A DNA stretch of 64,000 bases from an uncultured SAR116 cluster alpha proteobacterium. GTDB taxonomy: Bacteria > Pseudomonadota > Alphaproteobacteria > Puniceispirillales > Marisalimonadaceae. The position numbers and the translations under genes were made by a program. This document shows, piece by piece, positions 10,444-19,834 of the stretch. The notes beneath the pieces were generated by a model. It had not been told where the DNA came from. It saw only the letters and a list, made by a program, of their open reading frames with translations, and made no database searches. Location of the stretch: contig CACIRZ010000004.1 of the NCBI GenBank assembly GCA_902589185.1, positions 2,554 through 66,553 of the forward strand, read 5' to 3'. Each line of letters starts with the position of its first letter. Positions within the stretch are counted from its first letter, which is position 1.

Positions 10444-11802
10444 TTATTTATATTTTAATTTTATTTTATTAAGTATATCAGATCCTCTTAACCTATAAGA
10501 TATAGGTAAACTATTCTGTTTGTTTGCTAAATCTACATATTTTTTTGCTTTAATAAAGTTTTTTTTAATAAGCGCCTCTTCAGCTAAAGCAATATAAGCG
10601 ATACCTTTTTTGTTTAATTTTCCAGATGCTTTTGATAATAATCTCCATAAATAACTCCAATTGGGATTATTTAACAGCAGTTCTTCTAAAAGTATAATTG
10701 ACTTATTTAAATTAGCACTATTATTATTTTGTAAATATGTCTTGATTAGAGAGAATTTAATCATATCAGTTGAAGGAGAAAAAACTTCCTGCAAATTCTG
10801 AATAGCTTTTTCATATTCATTGATTGCAACATTGAATTTACCCTCTTTGTAGTAAATATCACCTTTTAACTCATAAAAAAATGGATACTTCTCATGTTTA
10901 TTTTTTATTAAAGAAAGTTTTTTTTGAGCTAAATCATATTTGCCAACCCTATATAAGGCAATTATTTGTGTATAATTAGATAAAAACTCATTTTTATTTT
11001 CCAAATTTTTCATTAGATCATTAGGATCAAAAATATAAGCTTTTATTTTATTTTTTATATATTGTAATGAAATTATATTGTTGCTTAAAGATATTTTTTG
11101 TTCACCTAATGATACTTTTTGATATTGCAATTTATATTTTTTGACTTGTTCTAATCTTTGTTTTGAAAAAGGGTGTGATCTATAATAGTTTTTGGGTGTA
11201 TTTGAATCGTTAAGTTCTTCATTTGCTAATTTTGCTAATAATTTTTCCAAACCTTTCAAAGATATTTTATTCTTTATTAATTGATCTAATGCAAACTTGT
11301 CTGCTTGTTGTTCTTGTATTCTAGAAAATTGAAGTAAAGACTTTGTAGCTAGATCATTAGACCCAATCATCAACCCAACAGCTGAATTAACGTCTAGTTT
11401 CCCTTGAGCTGATAGGGCAATGCCAGCAAATGTAGCAAGTTTTGAATAATTTGATAATTTTTTAGAATTAACTAATCTTGAATTGTAATGGTTCAAAGCT
11501 AAATGCCCAATCTCATGAGCCAGCACAGCTTGAATTTCACTTAAAGAATTTGATTTATTTATCAATCCGGTGTTTATATAAATTTTATTAGAATCTGTAA
11601 CGAAAGCATTGTATTCACTATTTATAACCAGTCTAGGGTGAAAGTTTTTACTTTTGCTTTCCCCAATAGTGGATTTTATTATTTTATGAAGAAAAAGTTC
11701 AATTTCCGCATCTCGAATTATTTGAAAATTTTGTGCAGAATATGATTGATTTGAAAAAAAAATTAAAATTATTAATGCTATTAATTTTATTATGACCACC
11801 AA
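10444..11802 (-). CDS. M48 family zinc metalloprotease with TPR (BepA-like)
   Basis: IIRDAEIE, NAFV, VLAHEIGH (HExxH), EQQAD, SHP. Confidence 0.85.
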   Translation of the reverse strand: MVVIIKLIALIILIFFSNQSYSAQNFQIIRDAEIELFLHKIIKSTIGESKSKNFHPRLVINSEYNAFVTDSNKIYINTGLINKSNSLSEIQAVLAHEIGHLALNHYNSRLVNSKKLSNYSKLATFAGIALSAQGKLDVNSAVGLMIGSNDLATKSLLQFSRIQEQQADKFALDQLIKNKISLKGLEKLLAKLANEELNDSNTPKNYYRSHPFSKQRLEQVKKYKLQYQKVSLGEQKISLSNNIISLQYIKNKIKAYIFDPNDLMKNLENKNEFLSNYTQIIALYRVGKYDLAQKKLSLIKNKHEKYPFFYELKGDIYYKEGKFNVAINEYEKAIQNLQEVFSPSTDMIKFSLIKTYLQNNNSANLNKSIILLEELLLNNPNWSYLWRLLSKASGKLNKKGIAYIALAEEALIKKNFIKAKKYVDLANKQNSLPISYRLRGSDILNKIKLKYK

Positions 11803-13847
11803 CCTTTTTTCTTAGGTTTCTTTGAGATCGTATTTTCACCTATTTGTGTCACTTCTATAGGAGATGAAGATTTAATTTCTCTTACTTCTGTGTGAATGTC
11901 TTTAGTTTCTGTTTCTAGTGTTTTTTCATTCTCTATATTATTTGAGTTAGTATCTTTTAATGTATTGTTACGTTTAACTTTTGGTTTTTTTACTGTTGTT
12001 TTTTTAGTTCTGGTTCGAGTTTTCTTTTTTTGCGCTTCCTCAGGAATATCTTGAACTTTATTTTTTTCTTCAAAAGTTTCTTTTTCTTCAAAATTAGTGT
12101 TAACAACATTCATATCTTTTTTAGAAATTCTTTTTTTTCTTCTATTTGACCTTTTCCCTTTTTTGTTTTTATTTTCGTTTTCATCTTCATTGTTAGAAGT
12201 AGAATCAGTTTTAATTTGTTGTGTTTCTTGGTTGGTAAGTGCATTATTTTTAATAACTTCTAATTTTTTTTGAGGAGGAATTATTGAGTTATCGTTTACA
12301 AAATCAATTGAAATGTTGTACTTTGCTTCAATTTCATTTAATTCTGACCTTTTTTTATTTAATATATGCAGTATGAGATCAGAATGTGCTGAAATCTTGA
12401 CGCCGATATTATCATCAGAAATGCCTTCTTCTTCAATAGATCTAAGAATCTGAATTGCACTTAACTCGATTGATTGAATCCTGCCTGAACCACCACATTG
12501 TGGACAAAGCTCAGAAGAATTCTCAATTACTGATGGTCTTAATCGCTGTCTAGATAGCTCTAGAAGCCCAAAGTTGCTAATTTCACCAATTTGAATTCTT
12601 GCCCTATCTTTTTTCATTGAATCTTTTAATTTTTTTTCAACTAGATTACGATTTTTGCTTTCTTCCATATCTATAAAATCAATTACGATTAATCCAGATA
12701 GGTCTCTAAGTCTTGATTGACGAGCAAATTCTTCGGCTGCTTCCAAATTTGTTTTAAGTGCTGTATCTTCTATCGATCGTTCTCTTGTAGCTTTTCCTGA
12801 ATTAACATCTATTGCAACTAATGCTTCTGTTTGATCTATAATTAAATATCCACCTGATTTGAGATTAACTTTTGGATTGAAAATATCCTGTAATTGAGCA
12901 TCTAATCTAAATTTTTGAAATAAAGGATTTCTATCATCGTTATAATGTTGTACTTTTTTTGCATGGCTGGGCATTAAAGCTTTCATATAATTTTTACAAA
13001 CTTTGTAAGCTTCAATTCCCTCAACTAACACTTCATCAATTTCACTGTTATAAAGATCTCTTATAGCCCTTTTAATCAATGATCCTTCTTCATGTATTAG
13101 AGAAGGAGCATTAGACTCTAAAGTTAGTTTCTTTACATTTTCCCAAATGGAAATTGAATTAGAAAAATCTCTTTTGATTTCAGTCTTAGTTCTTTTACTA
13201 CCAGCTGTTCTAATTATTACAGCCATTCCATCTGCAACTTCTAGGTCATCTACTATTTTCTTAAGTCTTTTTCTATCTGTTATGTTTCCAATTTTTCTAC
13301 TTACTCCTCCACCTCTAGGAGTATTTGGCATAAGAACACAATACCTTCCTGCTATGGAGATATATGTCGTTAAAGCCGCTCCTTTTGTTCCACGTTCTTC
13401 TTTAACAACTTGTACTAACAATATTTGACGTCGCGCAATTACTTCTTGGATTTTATAATTTCTATATAAATTTCTTTTTATTTTTTTAAGTTCTTCTTCA
13501 TTATAATCGTCTGTTATATCCTCACTAACATCTTCATTGGAAGATAGTTCTTCATCAGTTTTTGCAGATGCCTCAGCTAGAAGTTTCTCTTTATCCTCAA
13601 TGGGAATTCTATAATAGTCTGGATGAATTTCACTAAAAGCTAGAAAACCTTGACGGTTCCCTCCATATTCGACAAAAGCTGCTTGAAGGCTAGGCTCTAC
13701 TCTTGAAACTCTAGCTAGATAAATATTTCCTTTCAGTTGCCTTCGAGAATGAACTTCATATTCAAAGTCATCTATCATATCATTTGTAGTTGTTATAACT
13801 CTAGTTTCTTCAGACTGCCTTGCATCAATTAACAAACGTTTACTCAT
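11790..13847 (-). CDS. rne: Ribonuclease E/G (likely start ATG 13847 after GGAG; ORF track extends to 13865)
   Basis: KGNIYLARVSRVEPSLQAAFV, EIHPDYY, AIDVNSG, IDFIDM, CPQC Zn link; basic disordered C-terminus. Confidence 0.95.
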   Translation of the reverse strand: MSKRLLIDARQSEETRVITTTNDMIDDFEYEVHSRRQLKGNIYLARVSRVEPSLQAAFVEYGGNRQGFLAFSEIHPDYYRIPIEDKEKLLAEASAKTDEELSSNEDVSEDITDDYNEEELKKIKRNLYRNYKIQEVIARRQILLVQVVKEERGTKGAALTTYISIAGRYCVLMPNTPRGGGVSRKIGNITDRKRLKKIVDDLEVADGMAVIIRTAGSKRTKTEIKRDFSNSISIWENVKKLTLESNAPSLIHEEGSLIKRAIRDLYNSEIDEVLVEGIEAYKVCKNYMKALMPSHAKKVQHYNDDRNPLFQKFRLDAQLQDIFNPKVNLKSGGYLIIDQTEALVAIDVNSGKATRERSIEDTALKTNLEAAEEFARQSRLRDLSGLIVIDFIDMEESKNRNLVEKKLKDSMKKDRARIQIGEISNFGLLELSRQRLRPSVIENSSELCPQCGGSGRIQSIELSAIQILRSIEEEGISDDNIGVKISAHSDLILHILNKKRSELNEIEAKYNISIDFVNDNSIIPPQKKLEVIKNNALTNQETQQIKTDSTSNNEDENENKNKKGKRSNRRKKRISKKDMNVVNTNFEEKETFEEKNKVQDIPEEAQKKKTRTRTKKTTVKKPKVKRNNTLKDTNSNNIENEKTLETETKDIHTEVREIKSSSPIEVTQIGENTISKKPKKKGWWS

Positions 13848-14264
13848 AATTAATCTCCAAACCAAAATGAGTTATCAAACAAGTTTGATAGCACATTAAA
13901 ACTGGAATGAGTTTTATGAAAATAAATGGAGATATAAACTTATATGTATATGTTTATGATTTGTATATAAAAGTATTATTATAATTCAAATAAAATATAA
14001 ATACATCTTTAATATAAAATACTACAACAACCTCATTTTTAGTGATATTATCTTTATTAATTCTAAACTCATTCAATTTATTTATACGCTTCTGCGTTAA
14101 ACACTAACTTTCTTTGCTTCTTCTTTCTTTAACTATGTCATTTAGTGTGTAATTAACTTTAAATTCCAAAATTGATCATATAACCTAAACGTTATCAAGA
14201 CAAACTTTATTTTTTGTTATATAAATAGTTTTCGTAGACACATAAAAATTTTTAAACGACTATT

Positions 14265-15494
14265 ATGATTCCAAAAATATATTACAGAGTGTTTTTACTA
14301 GCATTTATCTATTTTTGTTCATTTAGTACGTTTGTATCTAATGTTTATGCTGCAAAGAACAATCAAACCTGTGAAATAACAAATACAAATATTAATTGTT
14401 TAAATATATCTTCTAGTGAAGTCATGAAAATTAAATTATTGAATGACCCATATAGAATGCAAATAAGATTTAAAAATAAATTAACAATAAAAAAAAATAA
14501 AATTAAAAAAAGTCAATTAATTAAAAGTGTAAGAGTCAATCAATTTACTAAGGCCAAAACTAACTTAGTAATAGAATTTAAAGAACCTACTATAATATCA
14601 GATATTAAATATTACGACATTAATAATCAAAGTATCAGTTTAAATATGTATTTTTCTAATACTTCAGAAGTAAATTATGCCATTGCTAAACATGCTTTAC
14701 ATAAAAATGAAGGTGATATTTTTTCTTTAAAAAATGATATAAATATTTCATCTAAAAATATTGATTTTCCTGTTATAAAAAAACAAAATTTCAATAAAAT
14801 AAAATCAAAGAAAAATTATGTTGTTTTTATTGATCCAGGCCATGGTGGCAAAGATCCTGGTGCAATTGGTCAATTAGGTTCATTAGAAAAAAATATAACT
14901 TTAAAGGCGTCAATTTTGTTGGCAAAAGCATTACGAAAGAATGAAAAAATAAATCCCATTCTATCGCGAACTAAAGATGTTTACTTATCGTTAAGAAAAA
15001 GAACTTTATTAGCAAAACAAAGCAAAGCTGATATTTTTGTTTCTATACATGCAGATTCAAGTAAAAATAAAAAAGCACAAGGAATTTCAGTTTTTAGTCT
15101 CTCCGACAAAGCTTCAGATAAAGAGGCTCTATTGCTAGCTAAAAGGGAAAATGAAGTTGACATTATGTTTAATAATAATGAAAAGATTAGAGATCCATTG
15201 ATTTATGGGACTTTGATTAAAATGTTTCAAAGAGAGGCAATGAATGATAGTGCATTTTTAGCTAAAAAAATCTTATCTAATTTAGAAAAAACAAAATTAG
15301 CAGTAAATCGAGGTCATAGATTTGCTGGATTTACAGTTCTTAAATCTTACGATATTCCCTCTGTATTAATTGAGATTGGTTTTTTGTCTAACAAGCAAGA
15401 AGAAAAAAAATTAATAAATTCAAAGTATTTGAACGAACTAAGTAAAAGTTTGGCAATTGCCATAGAAAATTATTTTGAAAATAATGGGAATTAA
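14265..15494 (+). CDS. amiC: N-acetylmuramoyl-L-alanine amidase (Amidase_3)
   Basis: IDPGHGGKDPGA, EK, FVSIHADS, PSVLIEIGFLSN; divergent from rne, upstream of PBP1A. Confidence 0.88.
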   Translation: MIPKIYYRVFLLAFIYFCSFSTFVSNVYAAKNNQTCEITNTNINCLNISSSEVMKIKLLNDPYRMQIRFKNKLTIKKNKIKKSQLIKSVRVNQFTKAKTNLVIEFKEPTIISDIKYYDINNQSISLNMYFSNTSEVNYAIAKHALHKNEGDIFSLKNDINISSKNIDFPVIKKQNFNKIKSKKNYVVFIDPGHGGKDPGAIGQLGSLEKNITLKASILLAKALRKNEKINPILSRTKDVYLSLRKRTLLAKQSKADIFVSIHADSSKNKKAQGISVFSLSDKASDKEALLLAKRENEVDIMFNNNEKIRDPLIYGTLIKMFQREAMNDSAFLAKKILSNLEKTKLAVNRGHRFAGFTVLKSYDIPSVLIEIGFLSNKQEEKKLINSKYLNELSKSLAIAIENYFENNGN

Positions 15495-15588
15495 GAATAG
15501 ATTTTAAAATTCCTCTAATCAATTTACAATATTTTATAAATAATGATCTTGTCCTAAAAATGTCAAAATTGTTGAATAGTAATATAGA

Positions 15589-18159
15589 ATGAAACTTTTT
15601 TCTTATTTTATCACTCTAATGTTTTTACTTATTCTATCTGGAATAGCTGTATTCTTTTATGGATTATGGTATTTTGGAAAAGACCTCCCAGATTATAAGG
15701 AGTTGTCAAAGTATAATCCAAATGTTGTAACAAGAATTCATGCTGGAAATGGTGCCTTATTAGCAGAATATGCTACTCAAAAAAGAGTTTTTGTTCCAAT
15801 AAGTGTTATTCCTAAAAAAGTAATAAATGCCTTTATTTCAGCTGAAGACAAAGATTTTTATAATCATTTTGGCATTGATCTGATGGCCACATTAAGAGCC
15901 TTAATAACTAATGTAAAAAATATTGGTACAAATAAAAGATTAATTGGCGCATCAACAATTACTCAACAAGTTGCAAAAAACTTTCTTTTATCGTCAGAAA
16001 TGTCATATGAAAGGAAAATTAAAGAAGCTATTTTATCAATACGAATTGAAAGAGCATTCACAAAAAATGAAATCCTAGAATTGTATTTAAATGAAATTTA
16101 TTTAGGTTTTAAATCTTACGGCGTTGCTGCCGCGGCCCTAAATTATTTTGATAAAAGTTTAGATAAACTTGATTTGTCTGAAGCTGCTTTTTTAGCAGCT
16201 TTACCCAAGGCTCCTAACAATTATAATCCAATATATAAAAAGAAAGAAGCTATTGTAAGACGAAACTGGGTCTTGTCTCAAATGAGGAAAAATGGTTTTA
16301 TTGAAGATGATATTAGAAAAATAGAAATTAAAAAATTGATAAATATTCGTAAATCTAGCGGTATAGATGAGGGGTATGCTCCATATTTTACAGAAGAAGT
16401 AAGAAAAATACTGATTAAAAATGAAAAAATCGGATCAAAATTATATACAAACGGATATTCAGTTAGAACTACACTTGATCCATCTATTCAGCTTAAGGCA
16501 GAAGAAGCACTAATTGAGGGATTAGAAAACTTAGATAAAAGGCAAGGTTGGAGGGGGCCAATTAGTAATTTCAATTTGTTAGATTTTAAAAATGAAGAAT
16601 TGTTGAAATATTTAGAATACGTTCAAAAACAACTCCCAGAAAAAAGAAACGCTGCAATTGTCACTAAAGTTTCTAAGAACTTTATTGAAGTTATGCTTCA
16701 ACAAAAGAAAAAAGTAAAAATAGAATTTAAAAACGCTTCTTGGGTAAGGCCACAGACTTTAAAAAAAGATGATAAAAACCGTTTAATTATTCACTTGGGA
16801 GCAAAATATAAAAATTTCGAACAATTTATTTCTGAAGGAGATATAGTTGTAGCGAAAGAAAACAAAAACAAAAATAAAACATTCTATTCTCTTTCACAAA
16901 TCCCAAATGTTAATGGTGCCATAGTTGCCTTAGACCCTAATACAGGAAGAGTTTTAGCGATGAGCGGGGGATATAGTTTTCTAAGTAGTGAGTTTAACAG
17001 AGCAACTCAAGCCAAAAGACAACCTGGGTCTGCTTTTAAACCTTTTGTATATTTAGCAGGGCTAGAAAGAAATTATAAACCAACAGATTTAATTCTAGAT
17101 GCTGCATTGGCCTATGATCAATGCTCTGGATGTAAAAAATGGAAACCTGCAAATTACACTAAGAAATTCTATGGTCCAAGTCCAATGAGGTTGGGAATTG
17201 AAAAATCTAGAAACTTAATGACTGCTCGTTTAGCTATCAAATTAATAGAAGAAGAAGAAATTATAAAAAATTATATTGATAAGGGGTATGCAAATAACAT
17301 TATTGCAGAGAAGCTTAATAAAGATATTTCTGATGTGAATTTTATAATTAATTATATTACAAAAAAACAAATTGATAAAAGAAATAGAAATAAAAATGTT
17401 ATCCAAGATTATGCTGCCAAATTTGGTATAAGTGAAAATTTACCGTCATTTTTATCAATGTCTCTAGGTGCAGGTGAGACTAACTTGCTTAGTTTAACTA
17501 ACGCATACGGCATGATTATAAATGGTGGTAAAAAAATAATACCTACACTAATTGATCGTGTGCAAGATAGAAGAGGTAATACTATTTTTCGGCATGATGT
17601 AAGAGATTGCAAAAATTGTAATGGAATTAAATCCAACGCACTTGAAATACCCTTATTAGCGACACAAGATACAAGAAAAAAAATAATTTCATCTTCATCT
17701 GCATATCAGATGGTGTCAATGTTGCAAGGTGCAGTAAGTAGAGGAACTGGTAAAATAATTAATTCTTTAGGAAAGAATTTAGCTGGCAAAACTGGGACCA
17801 CAAATGCAAATACTGACGCTTGGTTTGTTGGGTTCTCAAGTGATTTAGTTGCTGGTATTTTTGTTGGTTTTGATGATCCTAGGCCACTTGGTTATAAGGA
17901 GACTGGGAGTTCAGTGGCTGCTCCAATTTTTAGAGATTTTATGAAAAAAGTTCTTGATAATACCCCTGATTTACCATTTAGGAGACCAGCAGGAATAAAA
18001 CTCATATCAGTAAACCCTAAAACGGGTTTTAAAGTTAGCTCCAATCAAAAAGGATCTATTTTAGAAGCTTTCAAACCTGGACAACTGCCAAATTTAAATT
18101 ATGATAAGAAAAAGATTAACATAAAAAATATTCAAAAAAATTTATCCCCTTTATATTAA
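15589..18159 (+). CDS. mrcA: Penicillin-binding protein 1A (bifunctional transglycosylase/transpeptidase)
   Basis: AEDKDFYNHFGID, GASTITQQVAKN, RKIKE, SAFK (SxxK), SRN (SxN), KTGTT. Confidence 0.93.
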   Translation: MKLFSYFITLMFLLILSGIAVFFYGLWYFGKDLPDYKELSKYNPNVVTRIHAGNGALLAEYATQKRVFVPISVIPKKVINAFISAEDKDFYNHFGIDLMATLRALITNVKNIGTNKRLIGASTITQQVAKNFLLSSEMSYERKIKEAILSIRIERAFTKNEILELYLNEIYLGFKSYGVAAAALNYFDKSLDKLDLSEAAFLAALPKAPNNYNPIYKKKEAIVRRNWVLSQMRKNGFIEDDIRKIEIKKLINIRKSSGIDEGYAPYFTEEVRKILIKNEKIGSKLYTNGYSVRTTLDPSIQLKAEEALIEGLENLDKRQGWRGPISNFNLLDFKNEELLKYLEYVQKQLPEKRNAAIVTKVSKNFIEVMLQQKKKVKIEFKNASWVRPQTLKKDDKNRLIIHLGAKYKNFEQFISEGDIVVAKENKNKNKTFYSLSQIPNVNGAIVALDPNTGRVLAMSGGYSFLSSEFNRATQAKRQPGSAFKPFVYLAGLERNYKPTDLILDAALAYDQCSGCKKWKPANYTKKFYGPSPMRLGIEKSRNLMTARLAIKLIEEEEIIKNYIDKGYANNIIAEKLNKDISDVNFIINYITKKQIDKRNRNKNVIQDYAAKFGISENLPSFLSMSLGAGETNLLSLTNAYGMIINGGKKIIPTLIDRVQDRRGNTIFRHDVRDCKNCNGIKSNALEIPLLATQDTRKKIISSSSAYQMVSMLQGAVSRGTGKIINSLGKNLAGKTGTTNANTDAWFVGFSSDLVAGIFVGFDDPRPLGYKETGSSVAAPIFRDFMKKVLDNTPDLPFRRPAGIKLISVNPKTGFKVSSNQKGSILEAFKPGQLPNLNYDKKKINIKNIQKNLSPLY

Positions 18160-18177
18160 AATATTGGTTCTTAACTA

Positions 18178-19284
18178 ATGCAAGCAGAGATTCAAATAAA
18201 ATTTAATGAAATTGATCATACTATTAAAATTTTAAAGAAACATGTTAGTTGGGAAAATTCTCTTGATCGTATTATAGAATTAAATAATTTAGTTGAGTCA
18301 CAAAATTTTTGGGATGATACAATTAAAGCCCAATCAATAATGAAAGAAAAAAAGCAACTTGCAAAAACTATAGACCAGATTAAATATGTTGAAATCGAAA
18401 AAGACAATTTATTTGAGCTAATTCAATTAGCAGAAGAAGAAAAAGATAACATTTTAATCAAAGAAATTATCGAACAAATAGAAATTTTAGTTAAAACTTG
18501 TAATAAGCTTCAATTAGAAAGTCTGTTATCTGGTGAAGCTGACACAAATAATTGTTATATAGAAATACATGCTGGAGCAGGAGGAACCGAAGCCCAAGAT
18601 TGGGCTTTAATGCTTCAAAGAATGTATTCAAGATGGTCTGAAAAAAGAGGTTTTAAGCTATCTAATATTGAAGAAAGCTCAGGAGATGAAGCGGGTATAA
18701 AGTCCTGTACTTTATTAGTAGAAGGTTTTAACGCATATGGATGGGGAAAAACAGAATCTGGTGTTCACAGATTAGTACGTATTTCCCCATTTGATTCATC
18801 ATCTAGGAGACATACAAGTTTTGCTTCAATATGGGTTTACCCCGAAATTAATAACGATATAGACATAGAAATAGAAGATAAGGATTTGAGGATTGACACT
18901 TATAGGGCATCAGGTGCAGGTGGTCAACATGTTAATAAAACAGATTCAGCTATAAGAATAACACACTTACCTACCAATACTGTTGTTCAATGCCAAAATG
19001 ATAGATCACAACACAGAAACAAAGCTCAAGCAATGTCAATGCTTAAAGCTAAATTATATGAAATAGAATTACAAAAAAGAGAAGAGGCCAATAATCAAGA
19101 TAATGTTGACAAAGGCGAAATTGGATGGGGAAGTCAAATTAGATCTTATGTACTTCATCCATATCAAATGGTTAAAGATCTTCGAACCAATGTAGAAGTA
19201 GGTAATACTCAATCTGTATTGGATGGAGATATTGATGTCTTTATTGAATCTGCTCTAGCTTTAAAAGTGGGTATGAAAAGATAA
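18178..19284 (+). CDS. prfB: Peptide chain release factor 2 (single uninterrupted ORF)
   Basis: SPF stop-recognition tripeptide, GAGGQHVN, WGSQIRSY. Confidence 0.96.
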   Translation: MQAEIQIKFNEIDHTIKILKKHVSWENSLDRIIELNNLVESQNFWDDTIKAQSIMKEKKQLAKTIDQIKYVEIEKDNLFELIQLAEEEKDNILIKEIIEQIEILVKTCNKLQLESLLSGEADTNNCYIEIHAGAGGTEAQDWALMLQRMYSRWSEKRGFKLSNIEESSGDEAGIKSCTLLVEGFNAYGWGKTESGVHRLVRISPFDSSSRRHTSFASIWVYPEINNDIDIEIEDKDLRIDTYRASGAGGQHVNKTDSAIRITHLPTNTVVQCQNDRSQHRNKAQAMSMLKAKLYEIELQKREEANNQDNVDKGEIGWGSQIRSYVLHPYQMVKDLRTNVEVGNTQSVLDGDIDVFIESALALKVGMKR

Positions 19285-19288
19285 AGAA

Positions 19289-19753
19289 TTACATATTCAT
19301 TTTTTCAACAGTAGCTAGGACTTCATCAGCATGCCCTGGTACTTTTACCTTTTCCCAAACATTTGTGATAATACCTTTTTCATTACTCAAAAAAGTTGCT
19401 CTTTGAATACCCATATATTTTCTACCATACATGGACTTTTCAACCCAAACTCCAAATTGTTCACAAACATTATTTTCAAAATCAGCGCCAAGTTCACAAG
19501 TAAGATTATATTTTTCTCTAAATTTAGCTTGTTTTTTTATATTATCTTTAGAGATCCCAATGACAATACAATTTAGTTTTTCAAAATTTTTTTGAAGATT
19601 TGTAAAAGCAATGGACTCTGCTGTGCATCCAGAAGTGTCTGCTCTAGGGAAAAAGAAAATTACTATATTTTTACCAAGATGATTTGAAACTTTAAAATCA
19701 CCCTTATCAGTTAATATTTCAAAATTAGGTATTTTATCATTTATTTTTAACAT
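19289..19753 (-). CDS. bcp: Peroxiredoxin Bcp/PrxQ
   Basis: FFPRADTSGCTAE (PxxxTxxC), GVWVEKSMYGRKYMGIQRATF. Confidence 0.9.
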   Translation of the reverse strand: MLKINDKIPNFEILTDKGDFKVSNHLGKNIVIFFFPRADTSGCTAESIAFTNLQKNFEKLNCIVIGISKDNIKKQAKFREKYNLTCELGADFENNVCEQFGVWVEKSMYGRKYMGIQRATFLSNEKGIITNVWEKVKVPGHADEVLATVEKMNM

Positions 19754-19834
19754 AAATAATCTTCCTTATAATTAGGATTAAATTTGTTATTAAGTTATAT
19801 TATATGAAAATAATTTATCAACTATCATTTAATA

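Noticed and set aside
14040-14264. CtrA-like TTAA elements upstream of amiC
   Set aside because: TTAA motifs are too frequent at this AT content to be informative
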